Shown piece by piece: positions 42,232-55,400 of a DNA stretch of 64,000 nt. Source of the stretch: Tubulanus polymorphus (taxonomy: Eukaryota; Animalia; Nemertea). Numbering within the stretch: the first letter of the stretch is position 1; the number at the start of each line of letters is the position of its first letter. Where the stretch lies: contig NC_134032.1 in the NCBI RefSeq assembly GCF_964204645.1, forward strand, positions 14,310,275 to 14,374,274, given 5' to 3'. The notes beneath the pieces were generated by a model. The model did no database searches, was not told where the DNA came from, and saw only the letters and a program-made list of their open reading frames with translations. The position numbers were made by a program, and so were the translations under genes.

Positions 42232-45200
42232 ATGACGAATACGTGCGTGAATCTAGTTTTATACTCAGTTTTGGCAGTGATTCTAATCAGCTCCGTCAAT
42301 GGCAAGAAGAAACAAGCTGAACTGCAGTCTATAGTCGAGGTGGGTCACTCATCTAGGACTACTGCAGTATTCGAACCCAGGCAGCATATTGCTAATGTCT
42401 ATTTCAACCTGACTTGAGAGCATTCCTGGTAGCCTAGCTCAGTCAGTTTTGGTAGTACATACCTGATAAAGGTCTTAGTAGGACCAGAAAGGACTGGCAG
42501 TCGATCTAAATCATCATTTTTTAATCCATTTGAAACTGTATTGAAGGATATCAAAAAAGTCTTTATTGAAAGGGGTTAATGAGAGAAAATAGACTCCATG
42601 ATTTGAAAGTTTAACAATATGTTTCCATGCCTACCAACTGAAGTTTGGTATGTAGGCATGGAAACATATTGTTAAACTTTCAGATCATGGAGTCACTTCT
42701 CTTCATTTAACCCCTTTCAGTCAAGTCTTTTTGGATATCCTTCAATACAGTTTCTATTGGATTAAAAAATGATGATTTAGGTCGACTGCCAGTCCTGTCT
42801 GGTCCTACAAAGACCTTTATCAGGTATGTACTACCAAAAATGAGCGAGCTAGGTCACCCGGAATGCTCTCAAGTCCGGTTGAAATAGACATTAGGTTATC
42901 TCTCCCAAAAAATTGATTTTAAAAAGAAAGATGATGTGGATGATTTTCTACGACGCTGTCACTTTGATCTTTTATTCTATTTCAGTTTATGCCTGAAAAA
43001 TGCTCTGAAAAGGCTGCGTCTGGGGACACGGTGGCTGTCCACTATACCGTAAGTTGCTGCATTGGTAAAGCAACAAGTCGTTTTGTCGGACTCTTATAGT
43101 TTTATGTGTTTTATTTCCGCAGGGAACGTTAGAAGCAACAGGAGCTACGTTTGATTCATCTCGTCAGCCCGGACGAGAACCGATTAAATTCACGCTCGGC
43201 AAGCAGATGGTGATTAAAGGATGGGAACTCGGAATCATGGGAATGTGTGTCGGGTACGTGAAATAGGGAAACCTTACATTACACGATAATCCAGAAAGTT
43301 TCCACTAAAAACCAATCGGCTTAGTGGAAACTTTCTGTTGTTTCAATCTGGGTTTTTACAGATTAGAGGAAATCAAGGAATTTCAAATTTATTATTTGCC
43401 TGCACAGAATAGCAGGGAATCGGGCTCTCCTTGAAAATCAGGGAAACATATTATAAGTGTTTGAATTTTTGGTGTCTTGTTGTTTTTGCTGGTGACGAGT
43501 GTCACAAGGAACCTCTTGATAAAGAAACAGCCCTCACTGAGGATATCTTATAATTTAATCAGGGAATTTGAATTTTTGGTGTCTTGTTCTTGCTTGTGAC
43601 GAGTGACACAAGGAACCTTTTTATAAGAAAGAGCGTTCACTGAGGATATCTTATAATTTAATCGGGGAATTTTTGGTCAAGGTTTAGTCAAGTCGGGGAA
43701 ATATCATGCAGTTTGTTTGGTAAATTTTGTAAAAAAGCATTTTTCCCCTTTCATTTTTTCCAGTGAGAAAAGAAAACTGATAATTCCACATCATTTAGCA
43801 TATGGTGTTGAAGGTCGCCCGCCAGTTATACCGGGTAAGGGTAGAAAGTGAAAAACAATTTACTTAATTTGCATTTTCTTGGCTTCGGTGTCAGTTTCAC
43901 AGTTCCGCGTCGTTTGAGGCAAAAAATGTTAAGTCAATCTTTTAACTAAAAAGGAAAAAAAATGTGTCCGAAAATTTTCCTGGAGTTTTTATAGGCCTAA
44001 TGTTGACTTCTTGAGAGCTATCGTCAGTATTCCTACATAGCCTATGATTTATGGCTAAGGCTAAAAAAGATGATACGTTGTTTCTCCTAATCGGCCAGGT
44101 CACTTTTGTAAATTATGAAATTTGTAATCAGTTCACTTTTATAGCTGCTGGGTCTGTTATTGTTAGCCTGATCAGGATTTTGCAAAACTTATCTACTGGG
44201 TAGATAGGCGGCCAGGTTAACCTTAAAGCTCAGCAGACTTTGGACTCCATTTTGCTTTCGTGCTATTTCATCCTTGGTTTAAACTACTCAAAACTGCGTC
44301 AGCTGTGTAACTAACCGGGGATATTTTAGAATCGCTTGTGTTGTGTCTGCTTAAACAATCCCTGAATGGTTCAGTGGAACTTTTATGCTTTTTCGATTTC
44401 AATTTAAGCCGAAGCCACCCTTATATTTGAAACTGAACTAATGTCCATCAAACGTGGATCGAAAAACTCCGAACTTTAGATGGACTCAAATTTGAAATAA
44501 ATATTTCGATTCTAGAATCAGGTGTTTTATTTTATTTGTTGCCTGGGTGACGGTATTTTATTTGCTTTTGTTGACATAGCAGTTTGTTCCCCTTCACCAA
44601 ATTTCGTGTAATGAACTCGATTTAGAACTGTGGAACTGGATACAGAACTTGGGAACCGTTCAATAACTGTGGAACTGGCTCCAGTAACTGTGGGACTGAA
44701 TCCTTAACTGTGGAACTGGATTCAGTAACTACTGGGTAACGAACCAGATCCCAAACTGCAGAACTGGGTCCTCGGAACTGTGGAACTGGGTTCACAGTTC
44801 TGTGGAACTGGTTCCAGTAACTATGGAAATGGGTCCAGTAACTATGGAAATGGGTCCAGTAACTATGGAAATGGGTCCAGTAACTGTCGAACTGGGTTCA
44901 CATTTCTGTGAAACTGGTTCCAGTAACTGTCGAACTGGGTTCACATTTCTGTGGAACTGGTTCCAGTAACTATGGAAATGGGTCCAATAACTGTCGAACT
45001 GGGTTCACAGAACTGTGGAACTGGGTTCACAGTTCTGTGGAACTGGTTCCAGTCACTATGGAACTGGGTCCAGTAACTGTATCTGGGTTCAGTAACTATG
45101 GAACTGGGTCCAGTAACTGTATCTGGGTTCAGTAACTATGGAACTGGGTCCAGTAACTGTATCTGGGTTCAGTAACTGTGGAACTGGGTTCACAGTTCTG

Positions 45201-46221
45201 TGGAACTGGTTCCAGTCACTATGGAACTGGGTCCAGTAACTGTATCTGGGTTCAGTTACTATGGAACTGGGTCCAGTAACTGTATTTGGGTTCAGTAACT
45301 ATGGAACTGGTCCAGTAACTGTATCTGGGTTCAGTAACTGTGGAACTGGTCCAGTAACTATATCTGGGTTCAGTAACTGTGGAACTGGGTCCAGTAACTG
45401 TATCTGGGTTGAGTAACTATGGAACTGGGTCCAGTAACTGTATCTGGGTTCAGTAACTGTGGAACTGGGTTCACAGTTCTGTGGAACTGGTTCCAGTCAC
45501 TATGGAACTGGGTCCAGTAACTGTATCTGGGTTCAGTAACTGTGGAACTGGGTTCACAGTTCTGTGGAACTGGTTCCAGTCACTATGGAACTGGGTCCAG
45601 TAACTGTATCTGGGTTCAGTTACTATGGAACTGGGTCCAGTAACTGTATTTGGGTTCAGTAACTATGGAACTGGTCCAGTAACTGTATCTGGGTTCAGTA
45701 ACTGTGGAACTGGTCCAGTAACTATATCTGGGTTCAGTAACTGTGGAACTGGGTCCAGTAACTGTATCTGGGTTCAGTCACTATGGAACTGGGTCCAGTA
45801 ACTGTATCTGGGTTCAGTAACTGTGGAACTGGGTCCAGTAACTGTATCTGGGTTCAGTAACTGTGGAACTGGTCCAGTAACTGTATCTGGGTTCAGTAAC
45901 TATGGAACTGGTCCAGTAACTGTATCTGGGTTCAGTAACTGTGGAACTGGGTTCAGTAATGATTAACTTTTCATTGATTAGTTTTCAATTTGTATTTAAT
46001 CTCTGTCTCTCGTAGGTGAAGCGACGTTAGTTTTCGATACCGAGTTGATATCGATAGCTCGTGAGCCGGCGTTAACGACCGATAGTCTCGGTCGGGTCGC
46101 CGGGTTTATCTTCGTGCCGATGATCGTCGGCGTCGTGCTCTATCATCTCTACCGTAAAATCACCAATTCACCGTCGAAAAAAGATCTGAAAGAAGAACGA
46201 CGAAAAAAGAAGAGGAAATAA
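42232..46221 (+). CDS. ER FKBP-type peptidyl-prolyl isomerase, FKBP11-like membrane isoform
   Basis: Signal peptide [73 protein letters not shown]..IP. Exons: 42232-42339, 42986-43048, 43123-43253, 43764-43834, 46016-46221. The last exon encodes a TM segment and ends KKDLKEERRKKKRK*. Confidence 0.92.
42392..42894. mobile_element. Foldback element / ~500-bp palindrome in FKBP intron 1
   Basis: Arms of ~240 bp (CTAATGTCTATTTCAACC...GGTTGAAATAGACATTAG) around a ~17-nt loop. Confidence 0.85.
43455..43670. repeat. Dispersed ~110-bp repeat family in short tandem runs; also 25960-26150 and inverted 56460-56770
   Basis: GAATTTTTGGTGTCTTGTT..GGAACCTCTTGATAAGAAACAG..CACTGAGGATATCTTATAA. Confidence 0.8.
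44409..44479 (+). CDS. Alternative terminal exon of the FKBP gene (soluble isoform ending KNSEL)
   Basis: Pyrimidine tract plus AG at 44407-44408, in phase with exon 4. Reads AEATLIFETELMSIKRGSKNSEL*. AATAAA at 44496-44501 is followed by a GT/T-rich tract. Confidence 0.78.
44625..45958. repeat. ~20-bp degenerate minisatellite between the two FKBP terminal exons; same family inverted at 10960-11090
   Basis: GTAACTRTGGAACTGGGTCCA and GTAACTGTATCTGGGTTCA units. Confidence 0.92.
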
Positions 46222-48863
46222 AGAGACGTTCGCGGAACGTGACGGAACGGAGGGAGAACTAGTCATTTTATAAAAAATCGGGGGTAAATCCAGGGTGGTT
46301 TATAACTAATTATCGTTACTTATATGTCATTATGCTCGATAGGTGCTGCCATCTTCAAATAGTGATAAAAACTAATTACTAATAGCATTGATACACAGCG
46401 ATGCGGCGTACTAGCGAATTTCATCACTGATTTAAACACTGCATTGCGGTGTAGATGAAGAAAGGGTTGATGAGACTTGTAAAACCCTTTACAATTTTAA
46501 GTCCCCAATTTATATTTGAAGGCATTAGTTAATCAAAAATGACCTAAATCATGTTTAGTTGTCGAAATTTCTTTTGGTGTTTTTGACATAAAGGGACTTT
46601 AAATAGGCTCTCTATAACTTGAGTTTGTTTTAGGCAACATTTGTCAAAAATTGTGGATTTCTTTTCCTGTCAAAAGGTCGTTACTAACAGAATGCCCTTC
46701 ATTATGTTATGTTTGCTTTGAAAAACCCTCTGATCATGCCCCTTGTATCTACCCTTGATAACAGAAGATTTTATTATTTTTTGGATAGAATCAGGGAGTT
46801 TATTATCATTACTCAGAACCATGCTTTATTCAAGATTTAAAAACTCGTTACGACTGGTAGGATGGGCTGGAAATGATACAACACAGTGGAACCTATCGGT
46901 TATAACAAACCTAGAATTTTGTTTTCTGAGGTTGCTTGTGACAAGAAGGTTTCACTTTTAAATTCGCACAATTTCTAAAATGGGAATTATTCGTAGATGG
47001 ATTAACTTGTTTATATCCGAATCATAGATAACTTCGGTAATTTGAAGAATCCTGCTGCTGATACTTTTTATCTCATCCTAGAGGTCCCAGTTCCACAATT
47101 TCAGAGTCAAATTTCAAGCCGAGAAAAAATGATTCAAAAACCGTACTTTATTTATTCTGTCTCTCTTAAAATCGATTTAATGCTAAACAAAAATGATACC
47201 TTGTTTCTCCGCAGCGGCCGGGTCATTTTTGTAAAATATGATAAATTTTGTAAACAGTTCATTTCTATAGCGGCCGGGTCTGTTATGGTGAAATTGATCA
47301 CGATTTAAAAAAAAGTAATGTATAGGGTAGATAGGCAGCCGGCCGGGTCAACATTTAAGCTCAGCAGAGCGCAGAAACAAGGTATCAATTTTTTTTAGCC
47401 TAAAGAGTTAACGCTATTTGAGGTTAAATTTCATCCAAAGTTGACGCTGATGTCGGTAATAATTCACCGAATGACGTTTGTTTTTCTTCCTTTTCTTTGT
47501 TTTTGACGAAATTGAAGTAACGCTGCAACGTATTAGAACCTAATTAGATCCATTTAAAACTTTGATACTCTGGGGTCGGTTTTACAGACTGGTATTACCT
47601 TAAACCCGGGGGCTAACTTAGTTCATTATTAAATGAGTTAGCCCACAGGTTAAAGGTCGTAATACCACTCTATAAAACCGGGCCCTGGATGATATTCGAG
47701 CAATTACTTGTTGTACGCGAAAGCTTACAAGTAAGTGCTTGAATTTAAATCCGGGATAGATGAATCTATATCAATCAAAAATTGTTTCCAACACGTCTGA
47801 GAAGTTATTCATTTCGTCTCATGGTTTACCACTACTAGTAGTGAAAGATTAACCCTGAACTGTGGAACTGGCTCCATCATCATCATCATCATCATTATCA
47901 TAGTTGCCATCATCATCTGTAAGAAATGTTATGCAAAAATTATTTTGGGTGTTTGTGTGAGTTTGTAAATAAGATATCAAATGTCTCAATATTGAAAGTC
48001 GATTGAGTCGATCAATTAACTTGTTAATTAAGCGGTTAACCCGTTAATTAAGTAATTAACTAGTGTATTAAGAAATTTATCATGAATTTGATTGACAGTA
48101 GTAATCAGTAAGATGGATGATTTTCGCGAAGTGAAACAATTTTAAAGATTTAAATATAGGATGGGTGATTTGTTTGTAGAAAGTGGTGTTTTTGAAACGT
48201 GTTTGTTATATATAACCATTGATTAATTATGATATTGTGCAATTATCAACATCAATTGTTTTTCATATTTGATGAATTTTGATGATAAACATTCCAGAAA
48301 AAAAAACATGTTTTTATCAAATAATGGAAATGAATTTGTTTCAAATGTTTCTCGTCTCCGGAACTGGGCGTCTATGATGTACCAGTACTAAATCTCTAGA
48401 AAACAGGGGGTTTTGGTCCACTGATTGAAGGAACTAGGCCTCCATTCTCTACAAGGGCTTCATATCCGGAACTAGGTCAGAGTTAGATAGAGGGTGTCCC
48501 GGGTTCGAATCCAGTAATTACTGACACTGATTCAGAGTTGTCGATGCCGAATAGAGGATGTGCAGGGGTGTCGCGGGTTCGAACCCAGTTATTACTGACA
48601 CTGATTCAGAGTGGTCCTGATGCTATATAGAGGATGTGCAGGATTTAGAGTGGTCCTGATGCTGAATAGAGGATGTACATTGGTGTCCCGGGTACGAATT
48701 CAGAGTCTGAATTGACAATGAACAAGGGGGTGTCCCGGGTTCGAACAATTACTGGTCCCTAGTAAACGATGTACAGTGGTGTCCCAGGTTCGAACCTAGT
48801 AATTACTGATATTGATTCAGAGTGTGGGTCCTGATGCTGAATAGATGATGTACTGCAGTCCCG

Positions 48864-49030
48864 ACCGTATGGTGCTGTCGCTATGCTCATCGTTAGCGGG
48901 ATTTTCACACACTAATGCAAGTCAACTCTGGCAAGCTAGGGTTAATGGCAGCAACTCGATTGCCAGAGTTAACTTGCGTTAGTGTATGAAAATCCCGCTA
49001 ACGATGTGCATAGCAGCAGCACCGTACGGT
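48864..49030. mobile_element. Hairpin MITE; copies 49198-49364, 51468-51634, 51803-51970; related termini at 63257-63407
   Basis: ~70-bp inverted arms ACCGTAYGGTGCTGCCGCTATGCTCATCGTTAGCGGG... Confidence 0.75.
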
Positions 49031-49909
49031 AAAATGTTGATATCTTAACAAAAGTGATTACTGGTTACTAGGATTCAGAGTGATCCTGATGCTGAATAGG
49101 CATAGTACAGGGGTGTCCCGGGTTTGAACCTAGTAATTACTGACACTGATTCAGAGTGCGGGCCCTGATGCTGAATAGACGATGTACTGCAGTCCCGTCT
49201 GTACGGTGCTGCCGCTATGCTCATCGTTAGCGAGATTTTCATACACTAACGCAAGTCAACTCTGGCAAGCTAGGGTTAATGGCAGAAACTCGATTGCCAG
49301 AGTAAACTTGCGTTAGTGTATGAAAATCCCGCTAACGATGAGCATAGCGGCAGCACCGTACGGTAAAATGTTGATATCTTAACAAAAGTTATTACTGGTT
49401 ACTAAGATTCAGAGTTATCATGATGCTGAATAGACATTGTACAGAGGGGGTCCCGGGTTCGAACCCTTAATTACTGAGGCTGGTCCTGATGCTGAATAAA
49501 GGATGTAAAGGGGTGTCCCGGGTTCGAACCCATTAATTACTGACACTGAGAGTGGTCCTGATGCTGAATAAAAGATGTACAGGGGTGTCCCGGGTTCGAA
49601 CCCATTAATTACTGACGCTGATTCAGAGTGGTCCTGATTCTGAATAGACGAGAACTTTGAACCTAGGGGTCCATTGTCTGCAATTTTGTCCTGTCTCTAG
49701 AACTAGGGGGTCATTCATTGTCTACAAGAAAATTCTGTATGTATAAAACTTTACTTACGAATATTTACAATTGTGAAGGAAATTTCATCATTACATGGAA
49801 TCCTGGAGCGAATTTCAGACATAATTCATTCAAACTCCTCATAGATTTATGTAAATGCGATGATTAATTTAAGCCGTCTGTCGTCATCTAGAAACAGCAG
49901 ACGCTTTAT

Positions 49910-49962
49910 TCACGTTCCGATTTCTCCGAAATATATCTTCTTATCACTTGATACTGATGCGA
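49910..49962 (-). other. Duplicate copy of the SNRNP40 last coding exon
   Basis: Matches 52444-52496 (ASVSSDKKIYFGEIGT*), with intact TTTTCAG acceptor and AATAAA. Lies within a ~2.7 kb tandem duplication. Confidence 0.85.
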
Positions 49963-50216
49963 CTGAAAATATTAGTAAGCATGAATGAATTTAGGATTGT
50001 TTGTGGATCCAGTCTCACGGTTCTCTGTCTGATGTGATCGAGTTTGCTTTAATTGCAACTATTTCCGTGTCTAAACTGCTATATACTCAAAACCGAGGAA
50101 CTGTGTCCTGGAACTGTGTTGATGACATTTTACCTGGACTCGGTTCCTTACAGTTCTAGGTTAGATTTTGATTTCGAGCAAGGTGATCTCAGATATTCTA
50201 ATGCTTATGATCGTCA

Positions 50217-50532
50217 CAGGGTCCGATCTACGGAATGAGAGGCACTTGCCGGGGGGCAAGCATATCTGAAATTTTGCTTGCCCCCCTCCAAAAGCCACTT
50301 GCCCTACACAGGCAGTCCGATTGGTAGCACTATGATTCCTTTTCTGAAAAATCTTCCATTTTATCGCGAAAATAAAATGCGTTAAGAAATCTGTTGTATC
50401 AAATGGGAAAAAAGCTTTGTGACATAAAATTGCACTAGCCCGGTGATAATGACACTAGATGTCACTAGACAGTTGCCCTGATGAGAATATACTTATCCCG
50501 GGCATTCGGACAAGTGCTTAGATCGGACCCTG
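50217..50532. mobile_element. hAT-like MITE; second copy 52751-53063
   Basis: TIR CAGGGTCCGATCTA/TAGATCGGACCCTG. Confidence 0.65.
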
Positions 50533-50669
50533 TCGTCAAATTTTGATCCACAACAGAATTGGATCCAGAATTTTGAAAAACCAACAAGACTTATTCATAA
50601 ATATTCAAATGAGCCAACTTGAAGACTTGTAGTGAAGACTACTAGTAGTGAATGATTAACCCTGAACTG

Positions 50670-50712
<43 letters not shown>

Positions 50713-52443
50713 TATCATCGTCGCCATCATCATCTGTAAGAAATGTTATGCAAAAAATATTTTGGGTGTTTGTGTGAGTTTGTAAATAAGATTTCAAATG
50801 TCTCAATATTGAAAGTCGATTGAGTCGATCAATTAACTTGTTAATTAAGCGGTTAACCCGTTAATTAAGTAAATAACTAGTTAATTAAGAAATTTATCAT
50901 GAATTTGATTGACAGTGGTAATCAGTAAGATGGGTGATTTTCGCGAAGTGAAACAATTTTAAAGATTTAAATATAGGATGGGTGATTTGTTTGTAGAAAG
51001 TGGTGTTTTTGAAACGTGTTTGTTATATATAACCATTGATTAATTATGATATTGTGCAATTATCAACATCAATAGTTTTTCATATTTGATGAATTTTGAT
51101 GATAAACATTCCAGAAAAATAAAACATGTTTTTATCAAATAATGGAACTGAATTTGTTTCAAATGTTTCTCGTCTCCGGAACTGGGCGTCTATGATGTAC
51201 CAGTACCAAGTCTCTAGAAAACAGGGGGTTTTTGGTCCACTGATTGAAGGAACTAGGGTTCCATTGTCTACAAGGGCTTCATCTCCGGAACTAGGTCAGA
51301 GTTAGATAGAGGGTGTCCCGGGTTCGAACCCAGTAATTACTGATACTGATTCAGAGTGGTCGATGCCGAATAGAGGATGTGCAGGGGTGTCGCGGGTTCG
51401 AACCCAGTTATTACTGACACTGATTCAGAGTGGTCCTGATGCTGATAGATGATGTACTGTAGACCAGACCGTATGGTGCTGCCGCTATGCTCATCGTTAG
51501 CGGGATTTTCACACACTAATGCAAGTCAACTCTGGCAACCTAGGGTTAATGGCAGAAACTCGATTGCCAGAGTTAACTTGCGTTAGTGTATGAAAATCCC
51601 GCTAACGATGAGCATAGCGGCAGCACTGTACGGTAAAATGTTGATATCTTAAACAAAAGTGATTACTGGTTACTAGGATTCAGAGTGATCCTGATGCTGA
51701 ATAGGCATAGTACAGGGGTGTCTCGGGTTCGAACCTAGTAATTACTGACACTGATTCAGAGTGCGGGCCCTGATGCTGAATAGATGATGTACTGCAGTCC
51801 CGACTGTACGGTGCTGCCGCTATGCTCATCGTTAGCGAGATTTTCATACACTAACGCAAGTCAACTCTGGCAAGCTAGGGTTAAATGGCAGAAACTCGAT
51901 TGCCAGAGTTAACTTGCGTTAGTGTATGAAAATCCCGCTAACGATGAGCATAGCGACAGCACCGTACGGTAAAATGTTGATATCTTAACAAAAGTTATTA
52001 CTGGTTACCAAGATTCAGAGTTATCCTGATGCTGAATAGACATTGTACAGAGGGGGTCCCGGGTTCGAACCCTTAATTACTGAGGCTGGTCCTGATGCTG
52101 AATAAAGGATGTACAGGGGTGTCCCGGGTTCGAACCCAATAATTACTGACGCTGATTCAGAGTGGTCCTGATGCTGAATAGACGAGAACTTTGAACCTAG
52201 GGGTCCATTGTCTGCAACTTTGTCCTGTCTCTAGAACTAGGGGGTCATTCATTGTCTACAAGAAAATTTTGTATGTATAAAACTTTATTTACGAATATTT
52301 ACAATTGTGAAGGAAATTTTATCATTACATGGAATCCTGGAGCGAATTTCAGACATAATTTATTCAAACTCCTCATAGATTTACGTAAATGCGATGATTA
52401 ATTTAAGCCGTCTGTCGTCATCTAGAAACAGCAGACGCTTTAT

Positions 52444-55400
52444 TCACGTTCCGATTTCTCCGAAATATATCTTCTTATCACTTGATACTGATGCGACTGA
52501 AAATATAAGTAAATATGAATGAATTTAGGATTGTTTGTGGATCCAGTTTCACAGTTCTCTGTCTGATGTGATCGAGTTTGCTTTAATTGCAACTATTTCC
52601 GTGTCTAAACTGCTATATACTCAAAACCGAGGAACTGTGTCCTGGAACAATGTTGATGACATTTTATCTGGACTCGATTCCTTACAGTTCTAGGTTAGAT
52701 TTTGATTTCGAGCAAGGTGATATCAGATATTCTAATGCTTATGATCATCACAGGGTCCGATCTACGGAATGAGAGGCACTTGCCGGGGGGCAAGCATATC
52801 TGAAATTTTGCTTGCCCCCCTCCAAAAGCTACTTGCCCTACACAGGCAGTCCGATTGGTAGCACTATGATTCCTTTTCTGAAAAATCTTCCATTTTATCG
52901 CGAAAAGGAAATGCGTTAAGAAATCTGTTGTATGGAACGGGAAAAAAGCTTTGTGACATAAAATTACACTAGCCCTGGGGACAAGTGATAATGATAACCT
53001 ACTTGCCCTGATGAGAATATACTTATCGCGGGCAATTGGACTTAGTGCTTAGATCGGACCCTGTCGTCAAATTTTAATCCACAACAGAATTGGATCCGGA
53101 ATTTTGAAGAACCAACATAACTAATTCATAAATATTCAAATGAACCAACTTGAAGACTTACTGCAGATAGATTGAAAAAATATCAATATATGAATATTTA
53201 AATGAACATTCGAACTTACTGATTGGTTCAAAAAAACATAATAATATGAATATTCAAATGAGGAGACGGACTTACTGATTGGTTCAAACGGATGGAAATC
53301 AGTTTCGTTGACGGAGCCAGCATGTCCGGGTAGTTTGTACAGAATTCTACGTGACGTCGTGTCCCAGATATAAACAAACCGATCTCCTGAACCGGCGGTC
53401 ACCTGACTTCCGTCTGCCGACCACGATACGCGTAATAAATTCTACAATACAAAAATTAGAAAGAAATTCTTTAAAAAATGTTGTTTACGATTTTCTTTTT
53501 CATAGCAAAACATCTGGACCAAAGATCTTGATTTAAATTTGCAGACCAGATTTTTTCTTGAATAGAAAATAAATTGCCACTCAATTCTATGAGCCTTTTT
53601 CAAACATGATTAACAAACTAAACAGGCTGGCCACTTTGTGCCATTTTCATAAATCCCCTTATCCATTTTCATAAATCCCTGATGATTCTATTGGGTCACA
53701 CAAAATTCCCCGAGAAAATCAGAAAAATTTCTAAGTTTGAAATGTTCTGATTCATTCATTTTTTATTGAATCAAGTAGACCTACTGATAAACGTGTGGTC
53801 AATAACATTTCCGGTAAAATTTGTCAAATTCTTTTGCAAAATTTTCCCTGAGTTTTCCAGTAAATGGCCACTCTGTTATAAACTCATAGAATTCAATTGA
53901 AACATCATTTTATTAGTTTTGCTGAAATTTAAACCGTAAATTTAAACAGTGAAACCGTGCGGGTTGCAGCAGTGAAACCGTACGGGTTGCAACAGTGAAA
54001 CCGTGCGGGTTGCAACAGTGAAACCGTACGGGTTGCAGCAGCGAAACCGTACGGGTTGCAACAGCGAAACCGTACGGGTTACAACAGCGAAACCGTACGG
54101 GTTACAACAGCGAGACCGTGCGGGTTGCAACAGTGAAACCGTGCGGGTTGCAACAGTGAAACCGTGCGGGTTGCAACAGTGAAACCGTACGGGTTGCAAC
54201 AGCGAAACCGTGCGGGTTGCAACAGCGAAACCGTACGGGTTGCAACAGTGAAACCGTGCGGGTTGCAACAGCGAAACCGTACGGGTTGCAACAGTGAAAC
54301 CGTGCGGGTTGCAACAGTGAAACCGTACGGGTTGCAGCAGTGAAACCGTACGGGTTGCAACAGTGAAACCGTACGGGTTGCAGCAGTGAAACCGTGAAGA
54401 GTCTGGTCAGTAACTTGTCTGTTTACCTTTTCGAATGTATGTTGATTTCCTTGGAAAATTTTTACGCATCGTTCCTGAGGCGCAAACGGACGAACATCCC
54501 AAATACGCACTGAAAAATTTATCAGAAAATCTTGTCAACTCTTTCTATGGAACATCATTTTAGAAGTTTTTGAGGAGTCGTAGGGACCCTGAGAGGGTTC
54601 TTCTACTAACCTGTATTATCCATAGCAGTTGTGAGTAAATAGGAACCGTCCGGACTCAAACGCATTCCAGTTACAGTATCAGAGTGACCCCTCATTCTGT
54701 ATAATAGCGAGTTCTTCCTTAAATCCCAAATCTGAAAAAAAACAAACAACTTAATATTCTGTTGAGGGACTCGTGAAAACCGCCTCATTTTGATTGCGAT
54801 CATATTCATTCCGACATTCATCTAATTGGGACGGTATTTTTGGTCCATCAGCACAAAACTCTGCTAAGGGATCATTCATTTATTACGTACGCATAAAATT
54901 TGAATTTTTCGACCCCCCCCTCCTCCCCCTGTACGCAAAATCGGCCATTTTTTCGTATACATTAAGTATTACAGTACACTATTCCACTGACCCCTCCCCC
55001 TCCCCTAATGCGTACGTAATAAATAAATGACCCCTATCAATTTATCCATGTATGAATGTAAATTCAATGTTAAATAAATAATCATTATTACAATATATTT
55101 ACCTTGATGTCATTATCGATGCCGCCCGACATGATCTGTTCAGCTGTATCACTGAACGTCACAGACGTCACCTGATACGTGTTTTGAAACGTCCAAATTT
55201 CACCTTTCTTTCGAGAATCCCATAACTGTCAAAAGAGAAACAGTAATTCAGCGACTTACTTACTAAAAACCAGTTTGATTCTGGTAACCACTAATTTTGG
55301 TGTTGTAACCAATCTAACAACTTAAGACCAGTCTAAGCTCATTTTAGTTCTATAACCAATCTAACAACATAAGACCAGTCTAAGCTCATTTTGGTTCTAT

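Larger units (their letters stand above)
47831..53159. repeat. Tandem segmental duplication (47831-50628 and 50638-53159)
   Basis: Collinear, highly similar copies running from ACTACTAGTAGTGAA to CCAACTTGAAGACTT; they differ by SNPs and internal repeat number. Confidence 0.92.

Noticed and set aside
50053-50238. Duplicated 61-aa ORF (also 52587-52772)
   Set aside because: Non-ATG start, antisense to an SNRNP40 intron, and duplicated only because of the segmental repeat.
50476-50510. CTGATGAG as a hammerhead core (also at ~53007)
   Set aside because: No stem II followed by GAAA; it lies inside a hAT-like MITE.
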